NCBI GenBank assembly: GCA_018398765.1
Contig: JAHBMJ010000121.1
Span: 1 to 55,971 of the forward strand
DNA from: Chromera velia
Taxonomy: Eukaryota
DNA length: 55,971 nucleotides
Direction of reading: 5' to 3'
This document shows, one piece after another, positions 11,001-22,500 of the stretch; the first letter of the stretch is position 1, and each line of letters starts with the position of its first letter. The position numbers and the translations under genes are program-made. Under the pieces are notes generated by a model. That model ran no database searches. It was not told the origin of the DNA and saw only the letters and a list, made by a program, of their open reading frames with translations.

Positions 11001-11597
11001 GGGAAAGAGCGTGATGCACAGGACACGGGAGAGGGTGAAGCACTCAGGTGGGTACAGAGATGGGTGAGGCAGTCAGGTACTTGAGGGAGGGAGAAGGGTG
11101 CAGTAGGAGGAGAGAGTGAGGCGCGGAAAGGAAAAGTGACCAGGCGAAAGCGGGAGAATGGACGGAGGGTTGGACATACATGTGTGGGTATAGAGGGAGA
11201 CGGGGTCAATCGGTGGGGGATTGAGAAGAGAGAGGAAGCAACAAGGAAACCAGTTGCGAGGAAGAGCCCGCGATCAAAGCAAAGAAGCGGAAGCACCGAA
11301 ACTGACAACTGACCCTCGCGATCTCTGTCGATCAGGCGGCCTGGTGTGGTGCCGTTGTGGAAACCGACTCCGTCCACGACAATGTCTCCAGTCTCCTTGA
11401 TAGACCGACGAAGACTGGCCAGCCAGACGTAAAATCCCACGGTCCGACGATCGCCGAGTGCGTAAGTGGGAGGCTTGTGAATGACGAGCTCTATTGTGAG
11501 GACGGAATGCGAGTGCGTGCCTCCATTCGAGCAACGTCACCACAGTCCACAGGAGACACAGTCGGACTCCAGCTTGCAAGCAACACAAGAGAACCAT
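8090..11597 (-). CDS. P-class-like PPR protein with 19 tandem extended (mostly 38-aa) repeats and a bipartite plastid-type leader
   Basis: Main exon 10751-8090 encodes repeats of the form TFTYSALISAMEKAxGGSxWExALELFEEMKxRGIxPD. Leader exon 11597-11314 (MVLLCC...TLLEWRHALA-FRPH...) splices in phase 2, with a probable 30-nt microexon at 10914-10885. Confidence 0.9.
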
Positions 11598-11779
11598 CAA
11601 CGGAAGAGCATCGAACGCATCTTTCTCCAGTCGTCCGGCATGTCAAGGCAAACAAAGCGAAAGGAAAAGATTCAAATGGAGTGAGGATCGAGGTCGCGGC
11701 TCTCGTGCCATACTGTAATCTCTGCAGAAGAAGTGAACTTAGTGAAGAATCTGAAGATCCGGACCACACTTCCCGGCCG

Positions 11780-11990
11780 GCGACTGACTGTCACTGACAT
11801 GCACGCAGCGGCCCAAAAATTTGCATGTTCATGGTCGGTCCCGGGCCGTTCGCGGGGCCGGCGCCGCGCGCCGCCAACTATCATGCAACTCTCGCGCGCA
11901 AAGCGAGCGAAATTGCATGATCATGAGTCCTTGCATGTACGCGTCCTTGCATGATGCATGCATGATCATGCAGCACGTCACGCAGTCAGT
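11780..11990. promoter_or_regulatory. Divergent promoter island, CpG-rich with clustered TGCATG/CATGCA motifs
   Basis: Many TGCATG/CATGCA words, including TGCATGCA, between head-to-head starts at 11597(-) and 12267(+). Confidence 0.65.
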
Positions 11991-12266
11991 CATTGCCGGT
12001 CCGACAGAGCTATCAATACATTGTCATACGCGGGCGCCATTCAGGTCGACACAGACGTGCTGATCTTGATAGTCGCGGAGAATAGACCCAGACTTTTCGC
12101 CTTTGTTGATAAACTTCACCCGTCGAGCAACACATGCCAACAGAAAGCTGTTGCTTGTAAGCTAGAACTTAGCAAATCCAAAAATAAAACGAAACACAGA
12201 GCGTCTCTTACCCCTTTCATCTCCTTCTATGTCCTCTAGATATTAGCATCACACAGTAGCGACAGG

Positions 12267-15200
12267 ATGAAGATCGAATCCGTGGGACACGAGGTGCAGG
12301 AGATCTTGAAGGCTCTCGGCAACCCGTCGACGAGCACTTCCATGCTGGACGAAGAAACGGCACAGCAGATCCTGAGACCCGAGAAGGCACTCCTGGGCGA
12401 TGTTCTCCTTACTTTCCAGGTAAGAGAGAGAAAGATGCAGGAAGATAAACTTGGTGTAACTGTGTTCGAATGTCACTGCACAATTTGCACGCGCACTTAT
12501 ATATTCCTCTGCAGGAAAAAAGCAGTACAGCGCAAGTAACTGTTGCCCAAACAGTTCTCGAGTCTCATGCCCTGCTAAAGCGGAGTGAGCAGGCGGAAAG
12601 AGGAGCAGATTTGGGAGTGCACTCTCCGCATCTTCTCCCTCTGAGTATTCAGGCAGCCCAGCATCCTCTTCTGGGTGCCGCCAACCGTACCTCGAAGGAA
12701 AACAACTCAGGTGCAACACCGAGCGGGTACGTTGCGGACATCTACAACGGTGAATATGGTCCTGGAATGCATTTGAAAAAAGCCATCGATAAAGGGACCG
12801 CTGAGGATGCCTTGAAAGCAGCAGCAGGAAACACTTCAGGGAAAAGCAGCCCCTCCCGAAACTCCCCTAACAAACGACCCTCGTCACCCCTGACACCCAA
12901 AGGAAATGAACGGGGGGGGGGCTTGAACCCAGCCAAGCTGAAGGCTTTGACCAAGATCAGCGAAGTTACCAGGGCAAAGATGCACCCGACTGTTGCAAAT
13001 GAGAAGAATCCAAATGGGGAAGGATTCGCAGAAGTCTTGGACGCTCTCAGTCAGTCAGTAAGACAGTAAGTCAGTCTGAAGCCTGTACTCGGTTTTCCCT
13101 TCCATCTGTTGAGACGTTCACACCCGAGCCGCCTGAATTCCCTTCCCAATCTTGTACACTTGAGCCGCTTGTTTCTATTCTTCTTCCTCTTTTTGTCTTG
13201 CTATCCTCTTTTGCAGATCCAATTTCATCCATTCTAACACGGTCTGTGCGAATACTCTTAATTTCCCGTAAAAAGCCCACATGTCTTTCCTCCTTCTGTG
13301 CCTCTGCCTGTCTGCAGATTCTTCCCTCCCATTGGACGCACAAGAAGGAGACACGTCCATGCAGGCCCAACAAAACAACACAGAAAAGGACAGGGAGAAC
13401 GATGGTGAGGGGGAGGGGGAGGAAGACAACGACGATGAGCAGGAGACGCAAAAGCAAGCAGCACCACCTGCACCGCCGCCACCCCCTCCCCCGATCGCAT
13501 CAGAGCCAGAGGGGGACATCGAGCTTGAGCCCTGGCCCCCCTCCCCCCCTGTGACAGTGACAGTATTCCAGTTTGACCCCCGCAACGTGAATTTCAAGAC
13601 CATCTCTGTCGATCCCTCAAGCGCACACCCGGCAAAACCGAGAAGAGACAGCAGAGACGAAAAAGGGCGTCGTCAGAGTATCAGCTCAGAAATGGAAAGT
13701 TCACAGCAGGTTGTGCAATTAGACAGTGCGGTACGAGAGATGGGCACTCAGACTGGACCCGCTGGGGAGTCCTCCCCCACCCCTGAGGGGTCAGCGGAAG
13801 AGGAAACAAAGAAAGAGGAAACTGAGGTGGATAGGGGACGGGCCGAGTCTGTGGCCCTTGCAGAGGATGCGCGTCCTGTCTCTGCGTCTGTTGCTGCCCT
13901 CACCGAGTTATTGCCAGTTGATGTCTCAGACCTGGCGGTTGCAAAGGAGAAGGAAGTTGAAAGGTCAACAGAGGGGAAGGAGGAAGAGAAGAAGGAGAAG
14001 GAGAGGGAGCGGGAGAAGATGGAGGAGGGGGAAAAGGAAATGGAGAAGGAGGTGAAGGAAGAAGAAGTACCCTCAGAGGCAAAAGAAGAGAATCGAAGGC
14101 CTTTCCGAAAGAGCGGGGGCGTCTCTTTTTTGGACGATCGTTCATCCTTTGTCACAGTGGCAGGGGAGCAGGGCGCTGCTAGGGTGACTGGGTCTCTTGC
14201 AGATATTTTGGAAGGGAACCGAACTGAAAATCCCCCCTTCCAGCCCACAGCTGCAAAACCAAGAAGCAGCACAAAGGTGTCGTTTGCAACTGAAGGAAAT
14301 CAACTGGTTACGCAGTCTCTCCTGCGTCTGACAGAGGAGAGGGAGGCTGAATCCGGTGTTGGTGGGGGGAACACGACGAACGAGAGGGATGTAATGTCAG
14401 AGAGCGGTAAGACGGCAGACTTCGGATTTTCGGAGGGGTCTCCCTCTCCCTCACACGCACCTGCCCTTGGACCGTCAGACCTCGAAGACGAGGGGGAAGG
14501 TGTACTGGCGGTTTCTGCGGATGCCCCATCTGCTTTCTCACCCCTTCGCCAAGCAGCAGCCCTCAGCCAGCAACCCCCCCAAACATCTGATTCTGCACGA
14601 AAGAGCATCAGTGCGGGAGTGTCTGTCTCCGAATCGATCGCCACGCCAAAAGAGAACCGCGCTGAGGTAAGCGAAGAGGCTCAAGCACGTCCCTCCAGCA
14701 TTCGGCTGCTGGATGTTGGAACCATGGGAGCCCTCCGCCCGACGGTCAGCCACTCCTCCGAGGATTCAGCACATCCCACTGAGGACTTCTGCGGCGCCCC
14801 AGCAGACCGCAGAGGACCCCCCCCCAAAGATGCCCCCACCCTCCCCCACTCCTCGAAGGCTGACGAGGAAAGGGAAGAGACAGACAGTGATTGGACAGTC
14901 GAGGAGGAGGAAAAAGAAAAAAATGGAAGAGGAGACAGAGAAGATGGTGAGGAAGAAGACAGTTGGGACCTGTCTTCAAAATCTCATCAGGTCGACACCA
15001 AAGTCTCAAGTGACACTCCTGTGTTGCATCCCGAGCCCCGCTCCCCATCTCTGTACCGATCTTCGTTCTCACACCGACTGCAATACCGTGGTCCCTCCAG
15101 GGCAGTCAGAGGAGGCCGAGGAGGAGGAGGAGGACATACAAGAGGACACCGCCAAGTATCAGAGGCAGCCGAGAGACCCGGAGACCAGCCGGACCTCTTT

Positions 15201-18200
15201 TCGGCCCCCGCCTTTTTATGGCTTGCGCAACGCTCACGCTCCGTTGAGGTTTCGACGTTTGCAAACACAGGAACAGGCCAGCCGTCTGTTGCAGCAATGC
15301 ACTTAGAACAGCCCCCCTCAGTAACACACCCATACAGACCCATTTCCCAGCAACAGAGCAGAGTGGATGGGGGAGGACAGAATTTGTTGAAGCCGCGTGA
15401 GGACCCTCCCCCCAGATCAGTCAGACCCGAAAAGACCTGGGCCCCCCCTCCCCGTTCAAACGTTTATAGCATACGAGGGGGACGTCCAGTCAGGGGACGT
15501 CCATCCTTCTGCCCTCCACAAAGAGGCAGCACGCTTACCAGAAAGGTCGCCCCGTCCTTTTCGGACACACGCAACTCACTGCAGGTGGAGAACCACCATA
15601 CGATTCCTCCCAATCCTTTGCAGGCAAAGAGAGACGCCCAGTCTGTCCAAGAAGGACGCCAGGCTCTCTTGGCGTACTCCTACACTCAGCAGAAAGAGGC
15701 AGCTGAACAGAGTCGTCAGGAGTCACAAAGACTCCAATCTTTAGAGAAAGGCAGACGAGTCTCCTCAGCATCCTACGTGCACAGCTACGGGTCCGACGAA
15801 GTTCCTGTTCCTGTATTTCCCCTTCCTCCCGATGTTCCCCTCGGTCCATCTCGAATTAGAGCAGCAGAAGAAGAAGAAGACAATGACACAATGCACCCCA
15901 ATCTTCCAGACACCCACACCGATTTCAGAGAACACGATTGGGATCCCTGGACGCAGCCTCGAGGGCCTTATGAGAACTTTCCGGGACCACTGAATGAAGA
16001 GGCCCCGAGAGTTTCCTCTGCCGTGCACCCCCATGCCGAACAACCCAAACCTTTTTCTTTCCCCTTTCCCCCCCCCTCCCCTGGATCCATCCCTTCGCCC
16101 CCGCTCCACACGCAGTGCTTGGGGTCTTTCGGACTTCCCCCCGAGAGACAGAAGAACTCCGGGGCTTCTTTTCAGAAAGGCCCAACAAATGCAATGTTCA
16201 GTGTACCCTTTGACAAGGGTACAGGAAGAGAGAAAGAAGACTCCCTGCCTCTCTCAGCAGGCAGGCCCCCCTCGAGGACGCAGTTCATGGCGAGACGATC
16301 GGACTCCACACAGAGCAACATGCAGACGCCCGACGGTCAGGGACCATCTGCTGTGAATGGGAATGGCGAACAGGGCATTGCGTGCAGAAACCATCAGGCG
16401 TTCTCTCTCACACGTGCCCATACCGCAGATGGCACTGCTTCCCTTCCCGTCCGTGTCAGTGCGAGAGAGAGAGGGGCTGTGGGGAATGACCTGCAAAGGA
16501 AAGAGGATCCGTATGGATTTGCTCAGAGGGCAAACACGGTGCAATCCTGGAGTGGGGTGTCCAGAGAGTGCGCCCCCGGCGTGCGTTGTGCCACCAACTT
16601 CCCGCTGAAAGACGGTGATCAACGTCATTTTTCTCAACACCCGAACTTCTCACATTCCCTCGTGCAACAGGGTGCTTCTTTGTCGAAGTCCGTCCATTCA
16701 AGTTTTGGATCCATTTTTGTTTTCCTAGTGTGTCACTGCGTGAATTGATCCAGATAGCTCGCTGAATTATGACTTTCGTTCTTACGCCTTGGCTTTTTGT
16801 AATCTGTACTGTTGGCATTTCGTGTTTTGTCTTTTACAACATGCAAACTTCACAGTTCCTTTTGTGCATTTGCTTTGCCACACCAATAGATTGAATACGG
16901 TTTTTTGTCTTCTGGCTGACTGCCTGCAGACCTTCTGTGACGGCGAGTAATTTGTATGCGGAGCAACGTTTGCCAGAGGGCCGTTTTCCTCATGCATCGG
17001 CCGGCCCCTCTTCCCGGGGCAGAGCACCAGATATGAACGAGGACAGGCGTGCGTCAACTTCCACCCACCCTCCTCATCGAGCTCTATCCACAGGACAAGG
17101 GATACGAGGAGAGGCACAGACAAAACAACGTGAGACCTCCAAACGGCACCCCCTCTCTCCTGAAGAGAACGAGGCCCTCTCTTCATCCTTCACATCCCTT
17201 CCTCCTGCATCCGGAGCTCCGACAGACATCAAGGAATGGGTAGAGGCATCACAGAAAATGCTCTCGTCGTCTCTTGAGCGTCTCGCCTCACAATTCGCCC
17301 CCCCACCCCCAAGAAAACAACCCAAGGAGCCCTCCGTATACCCTTCCGACCTCTCCCCCCCCCGCGGTCCTTCGGGTCCGCCCAGACGCTCGCAAAGTCG
17401 GGGCCTGGTGGGGCGTCAAAAGGAGACATCGGCAGTGCATCGGGGCCTCTCTGTTTCTTCTCCTTCGAGTCAGTATCAGGAACTCAGTCAGCAGCTGTTT
17501 CTTTCTGAGCAAGAGCCTCCGTCTGTCTCTCCCTCTCTGAAAGGCAGAGGCGGGGAAAGCCTGGGGAAGAAGGGCAAGAGACCGGGTGGACGTTCGGTTG
17601 AACGGAAGAGAAAAGAAGAAGTCGAAGGAGAACCGAGAAGAGGGGCACAGCGGTCAATCAGCAGAAACAGGGGGCAAAAAGGAAAAGCCCATTCCTCCAG
17701 ACCTGCAGCTTCTGAAGTTCGTCGTCTGAGCGTAAGAGCCGCTCAAAACCCCCAACCGGATTACTCCCACTCGGATTTTTTGGAAGACCCGGATCCTTTG
17801 GGGCAGGTCGCCCTCTCCTCGAGCGAAAGCTTCCAAGCAAAGAGAATCCACCCCAACCAGAGTGTGGGTCCCTCTGCGCTGTTTGCTGAAGACTTGGAAC
17901 CCAGAGACCACCTAGAGTACCGATTCATTGGGCCCTCCGACATTGAAGGTCAGTCCCCGACTGAGGGAGAAATTCGATTGCTTTGTTGAAGGAAAAAGAG
18001 GGAACGGACTGTTTTGTGGTGTTAGATATGATTGTCTGCATATGACTGCCAATGAGCCTTTCAATCAAATGATAAATTGAGAAGCAGAAAGGTGGATTTC
18101 TTAGCTACGGGTGCGAGTGGCTCGGTCAGTGAAAGAAAGACGCGCCGAACGCTTGTGTTGCCCTGTCTCTCTGTACTATGAGTCTCCTGGTCACTTAAAA

Positions 18201-18539
18201 GATTTGATTGGTAGCCAACTTGCGATCTTCTCTCTTCCCCTGAAAGAGTGTGTCTGTACAGTGTCCCGTGTGCGTACCCCTTTTGCAGAATGGGGAAAGA
18301 CCCAGACAAAAGGGTCTGAAAGCGCGGGAGGGCGCTTCGAGGAGAGTGTGATCGCTGAGGGAAGTGGTAAGAAGCTCCCGCATAAGCAAGGGCAGGGAGA
18401 AACATGGGGACGGGAATCTCTGGGTTTTTCTGTCAATGACGGTATTGCTGAGAGCCTGCACGGAGGGCCGTTCCCGTTTCTCAGGAAAAGCACGGGCACT
18501 GGAGGTGGGGTTCAAGGGTCACTTCAGGTTGCAGAATGA
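12267..18539 (+). CDS. Large low-complexity, probably disordered hypothetical protein, multi-exon
   Basis: ATG at 12267; donor 12420; exons ~12514-13049, ~13318-16700, 16930-17948 and 18289-18539 (last junction phase-checked). Rich in E/S/P/R; no domain recognised. Confidence 0.65.
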
Positions 18540-19169
18540 TCAATACAGTGATTACAAGTCTAAACACTGCAGTGAACGGTCAATCCCAGCTGTCAATCTT
18601 CTAATTCTAGATCTAATTCAATATCTTTGATAGATTGTTTTGTGCCATACTTCAAACTGTTTTACTGTTTAGTTTAGTATAGCGTTTTGTATAAAATTTT
18701 AAGATTTCATAGTACTACTGTGACTAGCATGTATGTCTTTGCATTTAGATATATTTAGAAAGGGATTTTTTTAGAAAAAAAAAGTAAAAACATTTCCTAA
18801 CTAGACCATACAAAAAAATTAAGCAACATGCTAGAAATATCTTCAAAACATCTTTAAAATTTAAATTCAATATAATTTAATAGAATTATTATAAAAGTTT
18901 TATTTTGATTTAGAAATCTGGTAAAATCTGGACCACATTTCTGTTTTTGTCATGTATTGTCATGTCAGAATGTTATAAACTTAATATTTTTTTTTTTAAT
19001 TCATTTGAGGGCTAGTTTGAATGACTCAGAAGGACCATGCTGAATATCATTTTGCTATCTGTGTGTGAAATCGATGGCTCATGTTACCGTAACAAACCCA
19101 ATAAAACCTAAGCAGTAGAGAAGAGCAAACGCAGTTACACTGTAACCAATTTGTTGTGGTATACAAGAG

Positions 19170-19300
19170 CTGACATGCGAGCAAGTGCATGTGGGCTCAG
19201 GTAGGAGTTTGGTACAAGTGCCCCCCGCTTCGCTTTCCGGGGCCATTCCTGCATTTGTGCATGCTTGTGCACGTCGGTGACGGTCATGTGACGGTCGGTC
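19170..19300. promoter_or_regulatory. CATGC/GCATG-rich promoter region upstream of the second PPR gene
   Basis: Several GCATG/CATGC words and repeated GTGACGGTC at the AT-to-GC transition. Confidence 0.45.
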
Positions 19301-19556
19301 ACGCTATAGTGACACAGTTTCTTACACTTTCCATCGCTGCCAGCGAGAGTTCTTGATGATTGAGGGTTGTCAATGTGAACTCATCGAGTCACGTGTGCTC
19401 AGTTCCGAGAGATCCCCTCTCGGTCCGTCGGTGACTTCGTTTTCCCGACAGTCTGCTTGAAAGCAACGCCCGTCGACAAAAACAAAACTGTTTCGATCCG
19501 CATGACACATTATTTCTTCCTCGTCGTGCGCAATCAACCAATAGAAGCCGTACAGA

Positions 19557-22500
19557 ATGTGTGCCCTCCGTTTGTGTGCAAGATGCCTGTTGGTGCTCCT
19601 CTTCTTATTCACGATTGCTGCCATCCCCGGCCATTCATTTGTGTTGCTGAAATGCCGTTTCTTCCAAGTCCCTCGAAGGAGGACTGTGATTGACGGCGAG
19701 GTGGATTGGGATGGTGGGTGGCGAGAGTTAGCGAACCCGTCCTTTCAAACGGATCTTGCAGTGCTTCCAGAATCGGATCTTGAAGACCATGGGACGAGCA
19801 GCTGGGTCATGCCAGATGGAAGGTCCGTCCATTCGATCTGCTTCTCAGCTGCCGGAGACGGCAGTTGCCGTCTCGTCAATCTTGACTTCGAATGCCGTCA
19901 CCTCCCCGTCTATCTGCCTGCAGGGATCAAATGGAGAGCGCTGATCCTGCGCCCATGCCTTTTTCTCGGCGTATAGGTGGCCATGACAGAGATCTGCACC
20001 CAGACAGGGCATCTACCAAAGGATCTCCCCCTCCCCCTCCACACCACCGCCACCACAGAAGCACCACGCCCTACCGTCCACCTCTCGCCAGAGAGCTGTG
20101 GAGTCCCTACTTTCAAGAGAGACTGAAGAACATGAAAGAAGTGATCCGATTTGGCGAAGGGAAGAAGAGTCCGTCCATGGTGGTGACTTTTGAAGAAGTT
20201 GCGGCCCTTCAGAGAGAGATGGAGACACGAGGGTTCCTCCCAGATGCGCAGGAGACGCAGCTCCTGATTGAACTCCTCAGCAGAGTCTCGCCACCTGTTA
20301 ACCGTCTCCAGTACGGTCTAATCGAAAAAGAGGCTTTCAGGCTGTTCTCAACACTCCCTGACTTGGACTGCTTGCGGCCCCGCGTTTCTGTCTATAACGC
20401 TCTTTTGACGATTCTTGTGAACGTAGAGGGAAGGGGAGGGGGTTCTCGGTGGGAAGCCGCTGCCGGGCTTTTTTCGGAGATGAAGAGGAATTGGAGTGTG
20501 CCCTCCCGGCATACATTTTTCCTTTTGTTCAAAGTATTGCACAGGAGGGGATGGGGGGAGGGTGAAACTGCAGAGTTGGCGTTCGATCTGTATGATGAAA
20601 TGAAGAAGTTCAGGGTGCCTGCAGATACAGGACTGGTCAATACGGTTTTGGAGTTAGTGTGCCGAGCTGAGAGGGTGGATAAAGTCTTGCAAGAGAAAAC
20701 AATGTGTTTGTTGAGAGAGGTGCGTGAAGGGGGGGTGGAGCTAGATGGGAGAAGTTACAGATCGCTTCTCCGCATCCTCTCTGGCCCCCGGTACTTGGAG
20801 GAGACGAAACAGCTTAAGCGGGAAATCAGCGCAAATGGGGCTAGAGTTGTCTCTCCTGATTTAGTAAAGGAGAGACCCAAGGCAGATTTCTATGTCTCCA
20901 AACTGCAGCAAAGGTTGAGACGGCAGGGGAGTAGAAACGGAGGAACACAGACGAGACTGATCTGGCCGAATATCCAGAGATTTCGAGATTGTCTGAGGGA
21001 GGGGGGGGTAGAAGAGGGCACCCAAGTCACTCTGTACCTTCTTCGTGCGTTGGCTTGTGTCGAGCGTGCCCCGTCGGAAGAAGCTCTGTCTCTTCTAGAG
21101 CGTCTCGCTTCCCTCGGAGTGTCTCGTCCGCCCTTGTGGGTTTGGTGTGCTGTGTTGAGGCACGTCTCCCAGGAGGGGGACTCGAAAACGTGTGAGAGAA
21201 TTTTGGTGGAGATGGACAAGAGGGGGGTGCGTGTGAGTCTCCATGCATGCAACCTTGTTCTACTCTCGTTTGAAAGGCGGGGGAGGGTGAAAGAAGAAAG
21301 CAAGAGTTCGTCTGTTTTGTTCAATCACGTTCTTTCAACGAAGTCTTATGCCGCATTCGAAGACATTGAAAGAAAGAGAGGTCTAAGGAAGAATCTCAAA
21401 TCCTTCCTTGTCATGTTGAGTACCCTCGAAATGGTGGGAGGAACGAGATCGTCCAGTATAGCACTGGAGGTGTTCTCTGAGATGGTTGAGAGAGACTTCC
21501 CCCTTAGTTGGAGAGCGTCCTCTTTCCTTCGTAGGTTGTGCGAGGGGAGGGTTGAAGAGAAGGGAAGAGAAAGGGCACGCTCCATCTGGAGAGACGCCCA
21601 GAGAAGAGGGTTGATTCCTCCAACTGGGGGGCAGACAAGTGGGGAAGAAGTAGAGAAAGGGGGAGGAGATGAGAGTGAGGAGATATCCCTGCTCTCACCG
21701 CACTTGCAGCCGGATTCACCCCCTTTGTCGGTGAACCAGTACCGACTGTTGAAGAGCAAACTGTTTCGCGAAGGTTTGGGATCGAAAAAGGAGGGGATTG
21801 AAGCTTTGATTCGGATTCTCGGAAGGGCCGAGAAGGATCCGAGGGACAAAGCAGAGAGGTGGCGATGGAAAGAGGCAATGTCTCTCTTTGAACGTCTCCT
21901 CCATGAATGCAGTGGCAACAGCCAGCCTTCGTCTGCAGTCTACGTAGTGTTGCTGGATCTGTTGTTGGCAGCGGAGGAGGTGGCAAAGGCAGTGGATTTT
22001 TACAGTGACATGAAACTTCGGGGTGTGGGGCTGGATGGGAGGAGGTCTCTTGCCCTTCTTCACAATGCGCTTTTGTACATAAAGAAGGGGTCTAGTGAGG
22101 TTAGTGCAGGTTTGGTGGAGGAGACTTTGTCTCTTTTTGCAGACATGAGAAGAGACGGTTTGGTGCCGGGAAGGCATGTGTTTGAGTCTGCCGTAGCGTT
22201 TGCATTGCGTCAAGGGGGAGTTGTTCGCTGTTTGCCTGTCCTGAAGGACATGCTGAAGGTCGGGTATGTGCCCTGTCGACGGAATGGACTCCTTGATGAG
22301 ATAGCTGAGGGTCTTTCCAGTCAGCCAAGCGACATTAGAGCAGAGGGGGAGCGGCTGTTGGAAATAGCGTCATTGAAAGAGGAAGTTAGACAGAGAGTGT
22401 TGGGAAAGATCGGGGAGATGCTGCGTCCTCGTGCACCCCCCGTAATGTGGAGCGACGTGGAGGGTCTGCGTGCAGAGTTGCGTGCAAGGAATGTGCGGGG

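Noticed and set aside
19892..19976. Apparent frameshift between the signal-peptide ORF and the 1976-aa ORF
   Set aside because: Explained by a phase-consistent GT-AG intron at 19823-19923.
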